In this document: positions 1-8,338 of the stretch, piece after piece
Layout of the letters: each line of letters begins with the position of its first letter
How positions within the stretch are numbered: position 1 is the stretch's first letter
Source of the DNA: a virus
Lineage: Duplodnaviria > Caudoviricetes
IMG/VR virus record: IMGVR_UViG_3300005077_000072
Location: 1-39,708 of that record
Direction: 5' to 3' (one strand)
Length of the DNA: 39,708 nucleotides
The notes under the pieces: generated by a model
What the model was told of the DNA's origin: nothing
Seen by the model: only the letters and a program-made list of their open reading frames with translations
Databases searched by the model: none
Translations under genes and position numbers: made by a program

Positions 1-209
1 AAGTCGGCTCGACAATCACGGCCACACTCGGAACCACCACGCCCACAGGCGCAGCAATCGGCATGTACCCAGTGCCAAACAACTACTTCGACGGCCTGCA
101 CAACATCCTCATCATCGGGAAACTGCCCAGCACCATTACCGAAGCTGAAGCGGATCATTTGGTGACGGTGCTGTCGCAATATGCGAATCTCTACACGAGG
201 GCATGGTAA
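1..209 (+). CDS. 3' end of a partial gene, probably virion/tail protein with LamG-like C-terminus
   Basis: Frame starting at base 3 is open to TAA 207-209 (…AAIGMYPVPNNYFDGLHNILIIGKLPSTITEAEADHL…RAW*); TAATG overlap with the next gene. Confidence 0.5.
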   Translation, partial: VGSTITATLGTTTPTGAAIGMYPVPNNYFDGLHNILIIGKLPSTITEAEADHLVTVLSQYANLYTRAW

Positions 210-589
210 TGACTAATATCATTTGCATCGTGCCTGCCGCGCTGATGCCGATACCTGCACTGATCGGCAAAGCCATCGACACCGATACTGGCGGGGACTT
301 GTCATTCAGTATCAAGGCGCAGGATCAGTCGGGAACGCAATACCTCATCTCTGATGCGGTATCCGGTGACACCTTTGCATCTCAGGCAGCTTTTCTTGCT
401 ACTTCGCCAATGGCACTATTTGACTATTGCAACAACGAGCTTGCAATCAGATTTCCAGAGCATGAACAAATCACGATGCAACAGGCCGAGGAATTTTGTG
501 CCGCTGCAAAAGTGTTTACCGGAGTTTCCCTCTCCGAAGTACTGAAGCAGGCCAACTTGACGCGCACAGTTCAGGAGGTTGAGCCATGA
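209..589 (+). CDS. hypothetical protein
   Basis: ORF coupled at both ends (TAATG at 207-211, ATGA at 586-589). Confidence 0.7.
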   Translation: MTNIICIVPAALMPIPALIGKAIDTDTGGDLSFSIKAQDQSGTQYLISDAVSGDTFASQAAFLATSPMALFDYCNNELAIRFPEHEQITMQQAEEFCAAAKVFTGVSLSEVLKQANLTRTVQEVEP

Positions 590-991
590 AGAGAGCCATC
601 GCGGTGCTGGTGTTGCCGCTTTTAGCTGGCTGCAGGATGCTCGGTGGGGGCGATTATACCGCCTACAAGGAGGCCCAGCTTCGCCAGGCCGAACTGGCCG
701 CGAAGGGAAAGCCCCCGCTGGAAATGTCCTACACTGACAGCGGGGGCAAACCCGTTTCCATGGTCATCAACCTGCCGAAACAGCCGGTGAAGATCGAGCA
801 GCAGCGGGCCAATGATTACGGCGGGGAACGACCTGAGCATGAGCGGGTCCATGAACCACGTCACGGCGACATCCCTGGGCGACGGCGCGTCAACGGCGAC
901 GCATCAGCCATACGAGGTCCGCCCCGAAGTGATCGAGGTCGAGAAGGTCACGACCACCACGACGAACACCACTACTACGGCGGTGCCGTGA
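586..991 (+). pseudogene. lipoprotein, apparently frameshifted near 820
   Basis: Signal peptide with lipobox LAGC; after QQRANDY the +1 frame reads AGNDLSMSGS…EVEKVTTTTTNTTTTAVP* with TGA 989-991 overlapping the next ATG. Confidence 0.55.
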
Positions 992-1179
992 TGCACGACA
1001 ACAACGAACTGTTCAGACGTATCCAGATGATGCTTGTCTACACCATCGGGGCGGCGATCCTGCTGGTGCTGTTCGGCTGCGCCGATCCGCAGACCGAGGC
1101 GCGAACGATCCCCGCACCCTGGGGCGCTGTGGACTTTTGTCAGCGTCATCCTGAATCCGTCTGGTGCCAGGGGAGGTAG
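991..1179 (+). CDS. small lipoprotein resembling the N-terminal part of BTLCP/peptidase C93 proteins
   Basis: Hydrophobic stretch plus LFGC lipobox; APWGAVDFCQRHPESVWC motif; TGATG coupling. Confidence 0.6.
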   Translation: MHDNNELFRRIQMMLVYTIGAAILLVLFGCADPQTEARTIPAPWGAVDFCQRHPESVWCQGR

Positions 1180-1181
1180 AA

Positions 1182-1592
1182 ATGCTAAATTACCAAACAA
1201 CGTGTCGTCATCTGGGGCAAGTGCATCAAAATCTGTATAAAGTCTTTCGATGGACAGAAGATGCTGTAGTTTGGGATGTTCCAGAACACTGGGGGCTCCC
1301 GGTTGAACGTGATAAATTTCTATTGGATGACTGTGATGGCTTTGCCTTTGCGGTCTTGCGTGATTGGCAGGCAGAGGGATTCCCAGTAGAAAGCATGTAT
1401 CCTGTTGTTTGCGCCGTGCAACGGCTTCCTTACGATCATGCGTGTGCCGCAATCGAAACGGACAGAGGATTACTCATCAGTGAATGTAACTCTCCTCGCG
1501 TGATGCTAATAAGTGCCTTGCCCTACCGCCACTGGCATCGTCCCGGAGACGGGGGCAGAGCGCCGATCAATCAGCCGTGGGAGAAAATCTGA
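1182..1592 (+). CDS. transglutaminase-like cysteine peptidase (BTLCP/C93-like core)
   Basis: D..VWDVPEHW.LP, DCDGFA (Cys), DHACAAIETDRG (His), ISECN; GGGAGG RBS. Confidence 0.7.
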   Translation: MLNYQTTCRHLGQVHQNLYKVFRWTEDAVVWDVPEHWGLPVERDKFLLDDCDGFAFAVLRDWQAEGFPVESMYPVVCAVQRLPYDHACAAIETDRGLLISECNSPRVMLISALPYRHWHRPGDGGRAPINQPWEKI

Positions 1593-1930
1593 TGGCTGGC
1601 TGGCTGCGGGAGCATCTCATCAAGCCCCTGGAACGGTCGCCCGAATGGGGGGCCGTTCGGGCTAAGCATTTGGAACGGCAACCAGCCTGCCAGAACTGCG
1701 GACGAAAGGGTTTGATGGCCGGCCTTCAGGTGCACCATATAGTGCCCTTCCACGTCCAGCCCGACCTGGAGCTGGAACCCAGCAACCTCATCACCCTGTG
1801 CAGTAACCGCGAATGCCACATGGAGAAGGGTCATGCCGGGGATTTTCGGTCCTGGAATCCGCTGGTTATCGAGGATTGCCGGTACTGGTCGGGCAAGCGC
1901 CGTTCCCGGCCGTACAGGAGGGGGCGATGA
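1592..1930 (+). CDS. HNH endonuclease
   Basis: CQNCG…LQVHHIVPF…NLITLC..RECH…H. Confidence 0.88.
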   Translation: MAGWLREHLIKPLERSPEWGAVRAKHLERQPACQNCGRKGLMAGLQVHHIVPFHVQPDLELEPSNLITLCSNRECHMEKGHAGDFRSWNPLVIEDCRYWSGKRRSRPYRRGR

Positions 1931-2112
1931 TTGACCAGGCGGAACGCATCGAGGCCTGCGACGACGAGCAATGCCGCTGGAAATGCCGCTGCGCTCGCGG
2001 GATCATCTGGCAGAATACCCCGCCCGGCGTCGAGGTACCAATGCACCGGGGCATCGGCGGGCCGCAATGCAGCGACTACATTGACGCATCAGTGCTGGAG
2101 GTGGAAGGATGA
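1927..2112 (+). CDS. small Cys-rich hypothetical protein
   Basis: MIDQAERIEACDDEQCRWKCRCAR…CSDY; GGAGG RBS; ATGA overlaps. Confidence 0.6.
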   Translation: MIDQAERIEACDDEQCRWKCRCARGIIWQNTPPGVEVPMHRGIGGPQCSDYIDASVLEVEG

Positions 2113-2321
2113 TGGACAAGCCGCAGACCCGCACGGAGCTTTATGTTGCCATCGCAATGCTGCTCATGCCAGAGCTGCGCGGCTACCTGGACGATGCCTC
2201 GACCCAGGACATCATCGACACCATCCGCCGTGCGCACGGCAGCGAGTGGGGCTACATCGCCGGGGCGATCTACATTGCGGGCCGTGCCGCGCTGAAGATC
2301 GTAGACAGGTGGCGGCAATGA
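2109..2321 (+). CDS. putative holin / small membrane protein
   Basis: 70 aa, two hydrophobic segments, basic C-terminus, directly upstream of and coupled to the endolysin. Confidence 0.45.
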   Translation: MMDKPQTRTELYVAIAMLLMPELRGYLDDASTQDIIDTIRRAHGSEWGYIAGAIYIAGRAALKIVDRWRQ

Positions 2322-2806
2322 CCGGACGGTTCCCGCAGTGCTGCAAGTTCGTCGTCCATCAGCTTGAGGGCGGGCCCCAGGTCATCACTGATTCCGGGGG
2401 CCTCACAAAATATGGCATCTCGCAGCGAGCCTTCCCCGATCTGGACATCGCGACGCTGGAATACGAGGACGTCGAGCGCCTGTACCTGGAGCGGTATTGG
2501 ATACCGATGGGCTGCGACATCCTGCCGGAGAAATGGGACTTGGCTGTCTTCGATTGCGCCGTGAACCAGGGATGCGGCGCGGCCACCCGGCTGATGCAGG
2601 AGGCCCTGGGGGCCGAAGTCGATGGCGAGATTGGCCCCGTGACCCGCGAAGCCATGCGCCGGGCAAGCCTGCGTGTGCTCCCCCTGTTCCTGGTGTTGCG
2701 CCTGGGCCGGTATCAGCAGACGAAAGGGTATGAAAAATACGGTCGGGGCTGGGTCAACCGGCTGAAAAAACTCAGCCGGGAGATTGCTGGCCATGGCCCC
2801 GTTTGA
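2318..2806 (+). CDS. endolysin, glycoside hydrolase family 108 with peptidoglycan-binding C-terminus
   Basis: EGG…DSGGLTKYGIS, Y…YW, FDCAVNQG, DGEIGPVT, YGRGWVNR. Confidence 0.9.
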   Translation: MTGRFPQCCKFVVHQLEGGPQVITDSGGLTKYGISQRAFPDLDIATLEYEDVERLYLERYWIPMGCDILPEKWDLAVFDCAVNQGCGAATRLMQEALGAEVDGEIGPVTREAMRRASLRVLPLFLVLRLGRYQQTKGYEKYGRGWVNRLKKLSREIAGHGPV

Positions 2807-3368
2807 TGCACGGAACGAAATTGAGCGGCTGCGGTACGAAATGATAGATAAATTGTCCGCCCAGGACGTGCGGATCGAGCGCAGCCTGAACGAAGCCACA
2901 GAATGCGTTGTCGAGGCCAAGGACGCGGCCCGGCTGTCTTCAGAAGCGAGTAAGCAATCCATCGAAGCACAGACGAAAGCCAAGGAAGCTGCAGACAGGT
3001 CAATAGAGCTGCTCATCCGATTTGAAAAAGCCATGGCGGAGCAGACAGAACGGATGCGGCAGGGGGCGGAAGAGTTCAGGCAGATGCGTGAATGGATGCG
3101 GGAGAAGTCGAAAGAATGCGCTGGGCATGTTGAGGGGGCTGTGATGGACAGTGCGACGCTTCCGCCCCCGAAGCGGGATAGAGCGGCCCGCCGTGGCAAG
3201 CGTTCCAGCTTCCGCTGGCAACACTGCACTGAATGCGGACATGAAGGTATCGGCCTCGCCGTGCTGCATCTGCAAGACTGCTTCCCGTGCCCGGTCTGCA
3301 AACACTCTACGGTGCGCCGCTATGGCTCGCCTAACAGCCCAATAGCCGTCAAAACGCATAGCAGGTGA
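2793..3368 (+). CDS. coiled-coil protein with C-terminal Zn ribbon
   Basis: Heptad-rich N-terminus; CTECG…CPVC. Confidence 0.6.
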   Translation: MAPFDARNEIERLRYEMIDKLSAQDVRIERSLNEATECVVEAKDAARLSSEASKQSIEAQTKAKEAADRSIELLIRFEKAMAEQTERMRQGAEEFRQMREWMREKSKECAGHVEGAVMDSATLPPPKRDRAARRGKRSSFRWQHCTECGHEGIGLAVLHLQDCFPCPVCKHSTVRRYGSPNSPIAVKTHSR

Positions 3369-3420
3369 CATAGCAGGTAGAAAACCATGTCTCAATGGCT
3401 TGGATGTTGAGGAGGTTGTG

Positions 3421-3825
3421 ATGGATACGATTCAACAGCTGATTGACGGTGTGACTCTCATCGCTGTTCGCGGGCGCGAACTGCCGCACATACCGCTGGG
3501 TGAGTTTCCCCCCTGTTGCGGAGCCGGGCGGGGACTCCAGGAATGGCTTGTCCCCGACACGATATGGGGCCTTCGCATCAGCGCGGCCTGCCAAGTGCAT
3601 GACGATATGTTCGAGTTGGGTGATGCGTCGTGGGATGGTTTTCACCAGGCCAACGGGGTATTTATCCGTAATATATTCGCCATCATAGAGGCGAAGAGCA
3701 GCAATGCGTTCATGCGGGCGGTACGCAGACACAGGGCACTGTTATACCTCGATGCCGTGGATACGATGGGCGCAAAAATTTATTGGAATCTAAAGAAAAA
3801 GCAGGGGTATAGCGGTGGTCATTGA
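3421..3825 (+). CDS. phospholipase A2-like (CG…C..HD) phage protein
   Basis: PCCGAG…VPDTIWGL.IS.ACQVHDDMF…AN..F; GAGGAGG RBS. Confidence 0.6.
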   Translation: MDTIQQLIDGVTLIAVRGRELPHIPLGEFPPCCGAGRGLQEWLVPDTIWGLRISAACQVHDDMFELGDASWDGFHQANGVFIRNIFAIIEAKSSNAFMRAVRRHRALLYLDAVDTMGAKIYWNLKKKQGYSGGH

Positions 3826-4009
3826 GCTGATCTACAACGCCGACCTATGCACGGGCTGCGACGCCTGCCAAGTGATCTTCCCCGGTCTGATCGACCTGGC
3901 AGACGAAGACGGGCGCATCTTCATTGACGCAATCGGCGTGGTCTTCTTGCAGGTGGGCCGCGCGGCGTTCTCCTGCAAGTCCGGGGCGTTGAGGGTGGGT
4001 GCGCCATAG
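3815..4009 (+). CDS. single-cluster ferredoxin-like protein
   Basis: 64 aa; CTGCDAC plus distal SCKSGAL. Confidence 0.7.
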   Translation: MVIELIYNADLCTGCDACQVIFPGLIDLADEDGRIFIDAIGVVFLQVGRAAFSCKSGALRVGAP

Positions 4010-4072
4010 CTTTCGAGTTCGCGTCTGTATATCCCATCGCCACAGCCGTTCCGTTGGGAGCTATGTATTTTC

Positions 4073-4091
4073 GCTTATTGCGCTGTTATGC
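4073..4091 (+). mobile_element. attC right half (L'-spacer-R')
   Basis: GCTTATT-gcgct-GTTATGC; R' contains the antisense stop of ORF 4086-4262; left half not clearly recognisable. Confidence 0.5.
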
Positions 4092-4262
4092 TTCTATTTT
4101 CGGCATAAGAAATTCCCATGCCATCCTGTATCCCGCCTCAAAAAGGCGTTCCTCTTCACGAGTCCGATCAAGATGCGGCCGCGCTTCAAAAAACTTATCC
4201 ATAGCATCGTTGCGAGCATGCTCAAATTCAGAGACACGAATTTCATATTCTTTGTAAGACAT
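4086..4262 (-). CDS. cassette-borne hypothetical protein (58 aa)
   Basis: MSYKEYEIRV…KIEA*; both ends lie inside attC R boxes. Confidence 0.65.
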   Translation of the reverse strand: MSYKEYEIRVSEFEHARNDAMDKFFEARPHLDRTREEERLFEAGYRMAWEFLMPKIEA

Positions 4263-4347
4263 AGCCAGTCCCTCCAGCGGACCCCGCGAAACGTCCGCAT
4301 TTTTATTCAAGCTCAACGGCGCTGGTCCGCTGAGTTCGGCGTTATGC
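4259..4347 (+). mobile_element. integron attC-like site (R'' degenerate)
   Basis: ACATAGC-cagtc-CCTCCAGC-ggacc…ggtcc-GCTGAGT-tcggc-GTTATGC; 89 bp; extra C in L''. Confidence 0.72.
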
Positions 4348-4348
4348 C

Positions 4349-4552
4349 TCACCCCGTAATCTCTTGCAGCGCCTTGTACGCCCTCAGCATCGCCACCACG
4401 TCTCCGCTCATCACGGCAGCGTCGGCGGGGCGCAAGTCCTGCTCGATCATGGCCGCGCCGAACACTCCAGCCGGCCCAATCTCCTTGTAGTGTCCAAGCG
4501 CTTCACGCACTCGGGCTATTTCCTTCGGTAGCGCGTCTGCCAGTGTTTCCAT
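4349..4552 (-). CDS. cassette-borne hypothetical protein (67 aa)
   Basis: METLADALPKEIARVRE…; AAAGGAG RBS; lies between two attC sites. Confidence 0.8.
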   Translation of the reverse strand: METLADALPKEIARVREALGHYKEIGPAGVFGAAMIEQDLRPADAAVMSGDVVAMLRAYKALQEITG

Positions 4553-4575
4553 GTCACTCTCCTTTGTTGTCGCCG

Positions 4576-4647
4576 GCATAACCCGGCAGTCGAGCGCTAC
4601 CATCCGGCGATAAGGCCGCCTCCGGGCCGCTCACTTCTGCGTTGGGC
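4576..4647 (+). mobile_element. integron attC site
   Basis: GCATAAC-ccggc-AGTCGAGC…GCTCACT-tctgc-GTTGGGC; 72 bp; canonical R''/L''(extra C)/L'/R' spacing. Confidence 0.82.
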
Positions 4648-4902
4648 CTCCGGTTTGCACCCGATCTGCCGCCCCTGTCCGTCGAGGCGGGGCGTAATTC
4701 CGCCGCCCGGCACGCGCAGGTATTGGCAGCCGGTAAGCGCATCCGTCATCGGCTCCATGCCGCTGCGTCCGCCTCCCCATGCTCTCATGTCAGTGTCGTC
4801 GCGCCCAACCGGCGTTTTGCCGATGGCCCATACAAGCACAATCGCAATCACAAGCCACTTGCCTGTCCAGCGCGTCCAGTCTTTCAGCGTTTCAAGTTCC
4901 AT
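4597..4902 (-). CDS. membrane-anchored hypothetical protein (DUF6440-like)
   Basis: TM segment; RSGM…TDALTGCQYL…GGITPRLD.GR; AAGGAG RBS. Confidence 0.7.
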   Translation of the reverse strand: MELETLKDWTRWTGKWLVIAIVLVWAIGKTPVGRDDTDMRAWGGGRSGMEPMTDALTGCQYLRVPGGGITPRLDGQGRQIGCKPEAQRRSERPGGGLIAGW

Positions 4903-4928
4903 TGTTCTCTCCTTCAAAAGTCGGCGTC

Positions 4929-4948
4929 GGTTAGCCGGGGCGTTAGTC
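4929..4948 (+). mobile_element. attC right-half remnant
   Basis: GGTTAGCC-ggggc-GTTAGTC; R' contains the antisense stop of ORF 4943-5173. Confidence 0.4.
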
Positions 4949-5173
4949 AACCTCCGGCGGGGGAGGCAGCGGCATCCAATGGGTCGGAGGTTTATCGCGG
5001 CTGACTGTAGTCCTGTTATGGTCATCATCGCGTTTCCAGTATGGGCGTGGGCGTTTCGAGTAACGGTCATCGTTCCAATGGGCTACAGATACTGTTCTAC
5101 CGTTCCATATTGGGGGATACACAAGCACTGCGGTTCCATCTTTAGGAGCTGTTTCAATCGATTTCCATTCCAT
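4943..5173 (-). CDS. DUF551-like phage protein
   Basis: MEWKSIETAPKDGT…PTHWMPLPPPP. Confidence 0.85.
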   Translation of the reverse strand: MEWKSIETAPKDGTAVLVYPPIWNGRTVSVAHWNDDRYSKRPRPYWKRDDDHNRTTVSRDKPPTHWMPLPPPPEVD

Positions 5174-5190
5174 AGTCTTTCCTCCTTTTA

Positions 5191-5556
5191 TCATCGTTGT
5201 GCTATTGACACAAACCTGGAGTCAAACCCAGGTACTGCTTTATCGACCAATATATCAGACAAAAGTTCTTTAAGCCTATTGGTTTCTGTGGGCCGCGCAC
5301 AATCTGTTACATGGTTTACTTTATTAGCTGTTGTATGTTGTCGGGTTTTGCTGACGTGGTCTTTCAACCAGTTATCGAATGCCAACTTTGTAGTTAGGTA
5401 TGTGAAGCGGTATCCGCTGTTTGCATATTTTTTTATCGCAGGACATCCGTGCTCTTTTACTAAGTCTGAGGCTGTTGCTGGTGCCCTACCACATAATCTG
5501 AGCATGTCAGATAATTTAACGAGTTCTGATTCCGGTACATCTTCTGGTAGTGTCAT
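5191..5556 (-). CDS. hypothetical protein
   Basis: 121 aa; TAATG coupling to thyX. Confidence 0.7.
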   Translation of the reverse strand: MTLPEDVPESELVKLSDMLRLCGRAPATASDLVKEHGCPAIKKYANSGYRFTYLTTKLAFDNWLKDHVSKTRQHTTANKVNHVTDCARPTETNRLKELLSDILVDKAVPGFDSRFVSIAQR

Positions 5557-6362
5557 TACCGCGCCTCATGTGTCAAAGTTAGACAGCCGCAAACAGCCAA
5601 ACTCTGCTGTATCGGTTTGAGTAAATTGTGAATTTGTGGGTAAGCCGCGTTGCTGCACCGCAATTTAAAGATGTGTGCCCACTCGATGGTGTTTGTAGTG
5701 ACCATTATCTTTGTGGCTGTTGCGTTGGGCAACACTGACCTTGCTTGCTGTGGCGTACACCCATTTTTTATCAATAACCTGTATGTGTCTGCGCTGTGCT
5801 GGAGCGCTTGTATCCACTCTACTTCGTTTTCATCACACCACCATTGCCGTATCATGTCGATTGGAGCATCCTTGTACGATACGTACCTTTGGGATTGTTG
5901 GGAGTAAGCCACATCGTCCCTATGCCTGACCAATTCATGGGTGACAGCACGGTCTGTCACGAATAGCGCGGATATTCTAGTGTGCAGCGGGTCAGTAGTT
6001 TGCACACTCGGACCATATACGTCATTCCATAACATCCAGAAATCCCGGATGGGTGTGTCACTCCGCCCCATAAACTCCATCCAAGCGCGGATATTGCCAG
6101 ATGTTATTCCACCCTGGCGGTGAAGAAACCTGCCATTAACGCATTTGCATTTGTTTGTAACGAGATTTGAATGCTCCAGCACCGATAAGTGGCCGTTCGA
6201 TATGAGTTTATTAACAAATTTTTCGCTATCTTCAATGTTGGTCGAACACTGGCTATTATAACATAGCCGCCCCGCTCTCTCAATTCGACGTATAGTGCCG
6301 TTGAGCGTATTTGGGGTTTCTCCATAATATTCTGCATATTGGTTGATTAGCTGCATTATCAA
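5556..6362 (-). CDS. thyX: FAD-dependent thymidylate synthase
   Basis: GHLSVLEH, RAVTHELVRHR, YSQQSQRY, ARSVLPN. Confidence 0.95.
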   Translation of the reverse strand: MIMQLINQYAEYYGETPNTLNGTIRRIERAGRLCYNSQCSTNIEDSEKFVNKLISNGHLSVLEHSNLVTNKCKCVNGRFLHRQGGITSGNIRAWMEFMGRSDTPIRDFWMLWNDVYGPSVQTTDPLHTRISALFVTDRAVTHELVRHRDDVAYSQQSQRYVSYKDAPIDMIRQWWCDENEVEWIQALQHSADTYRLLIKNGCTPQQARSVLPNATATKIMVTTNTIEWAHIFKLRCSNAAYPQIHNLLKPIQQSLAVCGCLTLTHEAR

Positions 6363-6372
6363 GTCCTTAGCG

Positions 6373-6909
6373 TTATATATTTAACAATAACATAATATCT
6401 GTGGCATCATAGGTGATCTGGCCTGTACTCAGTTCAAAAATATAATCGGTCTTAGGCTGAACCGCAACCCCTTTTTCTGATTCATGTACGTCAGAGTATG
6501 AGTACCCATAGCGGCGCAGAAACACAATGTTACCACCAAGGTCTCTAATCAACTGTGCTTCATTATCAAAACGAATGTCATCTACAATCAAAATTGTATC
6601 ATGATTACGGATATTTCTAACCTCAGCAGCAAATATATCAGTCCACAGAGAGTCTTTTACCGTTTTTCTCCCCCATTCGGTGCCGATTGTCTGCAACAGT
6701 CGCCTGTATGTTATTCCCGGCAGAAACTCCGTAGTTTTGAACAGCGCGTCGCATAATTGTTGCTCTGTACAGCCAGTAAGTCCAGACACCATCCGACGTA
6801 ATGGATCAGCATAGGATTTTACCAACACATTACTCTTGAACTGCGCTATCCTGCGAGCTATTGTTGTCTTGCCTACTCCAGCCGGGCCTGTCAAGCCTAC
6901 AATCTTCAT
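6373..6909 (-). CDS. deoxynucleoside monophosphate kinase (copy 1)
   Basis: GLTGPAGVGKTT, YADPLR, LLQTIGTEWGR, DDIRFDNEA, HESE; GGAG RBS before ATG 6909. Confidence 0.92.
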   Translation of the reverse strand: MKIVGLTGPAGVGKTTIARRIAQFKSNVLVKSYADPLRRMVSGLTGCTEQQLCDALFKTTEFLPGITYRRLLQTIGTEWGRKTVKDSLWTDIFAAEVRNIRNHDTILIVDDIRFDNEAQLIRDLGGNIVFLRRYGYSYSDVHESEKGVAVQPKTDYIFELSTGQITYDATDIMLLLNI

Positions 6910-7021
6910 GATGTGTAATCTCCAGGTGTGAATCTTTTTTGTGCTGGCGCAGTTGCCGTTCTTTTTGAAAATCTTTACCACAAATCTCACAAATATGATC
7001 GTGTTTATTGTGCCATGCCAT
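6830..7021 (-). CDS. small C2H2 zinc-finger protein
   Basis: CEICGKDFQKERQLRQHKKDSH = C-x2-C-x3-F-x5-L-x2-H-x4-H; fills the gap between ligase and kinase. Confidence 0.65.
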   Translation of the reverse strand: MAWHNKHDHICEICGKDFQKERQLRQHKKDSHLEITHHEDCRLDRPGWSRQDNNSSQDSAVQE

Positions 7022-7027
7022 AATGTC

Positions 7028-8338
7028 TTACCTGGTAAGGATGTCATTTAGAGTATCCGCGATATTACGGTCAAAGCGGAATTTGGAAAAACGTGGGTGT
7101 GATAGCGAGTATGTTGTTTTATCGCCGCTTTTAGACACCGATTCATATTTCACTTCAATTATTGTGCCTACATAGTCATTCCAATTAGCTTGCCGTTGTG
7201 CGTCGGTGAATCCACTGAGTGCAACTTTTAGCTGACCACACGCGGATTCTGCGTTTACCGAACCCATACATTTTTCATACTTAGTGTGCGGTTTTCCGTA
7301 GCCCCATCCTGTAACGACCAGCTCACACTCAGACTCATTTTTCAATTTTATCTGATCCTGTGATGTGCCGGATTTCCATTTACCATGACAGTTTTTTACT
7401 ACAAGCCCTTCTGAACCCTCAGATCGCACCTTATTATACAGATTATTTATGTCATCTATAGAATCGACTATAAAATTATCTATGGCAAACAGCTTTCCGT
7501 GGTTTAGCATGTTACGCAAAGTGCTGACCAGCCAGGCAAACCTGTCACAATACTTTGTTTCAGCTTTACCACAAAGAAAACTACTGTAAGCAACCAAGTC
7601 CCACGCTGTATAAAACATCATATCCAATTCATGTGGAGTAGCCGTGCCTTTTATGGCTTTATTCACAATACCATTGCTTATTGATCGTGGGAGCGGGTCT
7701 CCGTCATCACCGGATACCTGCAATTCACCGGACAGCACAAAAGAACCGCTAATATTCCTGATGCTGCTCGCCAGGCTGTCCAGCCCTAATATTGAACTTC
7801 CTTTTCTGGTAATAAAATTAACATTATTATCGTGTTTAATAATATAACAGAAAGCCCCGTCACACTTTAGCTGGGCATACGCAGGGAATTTAATATTAGG
7901 GAGCTTATCGCGGGTACTGCATCGCATATATGGGGTAACAAGCGCTATACCCGGATACGCCTTATTAGCGTTAGTGGCAGAAACTCCGCACCGCAAATCT
8001 TTATTACAGATTCGCCGCACTAATTCCAGCACCTCTACACTGTTACGTTTGGCAGACACAGCAAGTTCCAGTATTTGTATATCCGTGACGCCTCGTGAGT
8101 TAGCAAACTCATCCAGCTTATTCAAAATATAGGTATCTGTGTCCGCTCCTGTTGATTCAATATGTGATACATCAGGAAACGTGCTTACATGGAATGTCGT
8201 GTGATCGCTTAATGCTTGAAACATAACCCTTCTAAACAATGGTGATAACGCAGCGTACTCTCGCAATTTAGCTAATTTAGTGGTAGTGGCGTTAGCTTGT
8301 GCAATGTCCTCAATCCGGTGATACACGTCATACAACAT
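7028..8338 (-). CDS. ATP-dependent DNA ligase
   Basis: QLKCDGA (KxDG), SGEL, WD, EGLVVK, KLK, HPRF…RFD. Confidence 0.95.
   Translation of the reverse strand: MLYDVYHRIEDIAQANATTTKLAKLREYAALSPLFRRVMFQALSDHTTFHVSTFPDVSHIESTGADTDTYILNKLDEFANSRGVTDIQILELAVSAKRNSVEVLELVRRICNKDLRCGVSATNANKAYPGIALVTPYMRCSTRDKLPNIKFPAYAQLKCDGAFCYIIKHDNNVNFITRKGSSILGLDSLASSIRNISGSFVLSGELQVSGDDGDPLPRSISNGIVNKAIKGTATPHELDMMFYTAWDLVAYSSFLCGKAETKYCDRFAWLVSTLRNMLNHGKLFAIDNFIVDSIDDINNLYNKVRSEGSEGLVVKNCHGKWKSGTSQDQIKLKNESECELVVTGWGYGKPHTKYEKCMGSVNAESACGQLKVALSGFTDAQRQANWNDYVGTIIEVKYESVSKSGDKTTYSLSHPRFSKFRFDRNIADTLNDILTR

Noticed and set aside
1931-2317. N-terminal extension of the endolysin ORF
   Set aside because: Overlaps two better ORFs; ATG 2318 is coupled to the upstream stop.
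2270-3301. 343-aa minus-strand ORF
   Set aside because: Antisense shadow of the GC-rich endolysin and coiled-coil genes; no motifs.
4263-4352. HNAELSG… N-terminal extension (and the NAEVSG ORF 4554-4742)
   Set aside because: These are translations of attC DNA, not real coding sequence.
4655-5620. 321-aa plus-strand ORF
   Set aside because: Antisense to three coupled minus-strand genes with RBSs; no motifs.
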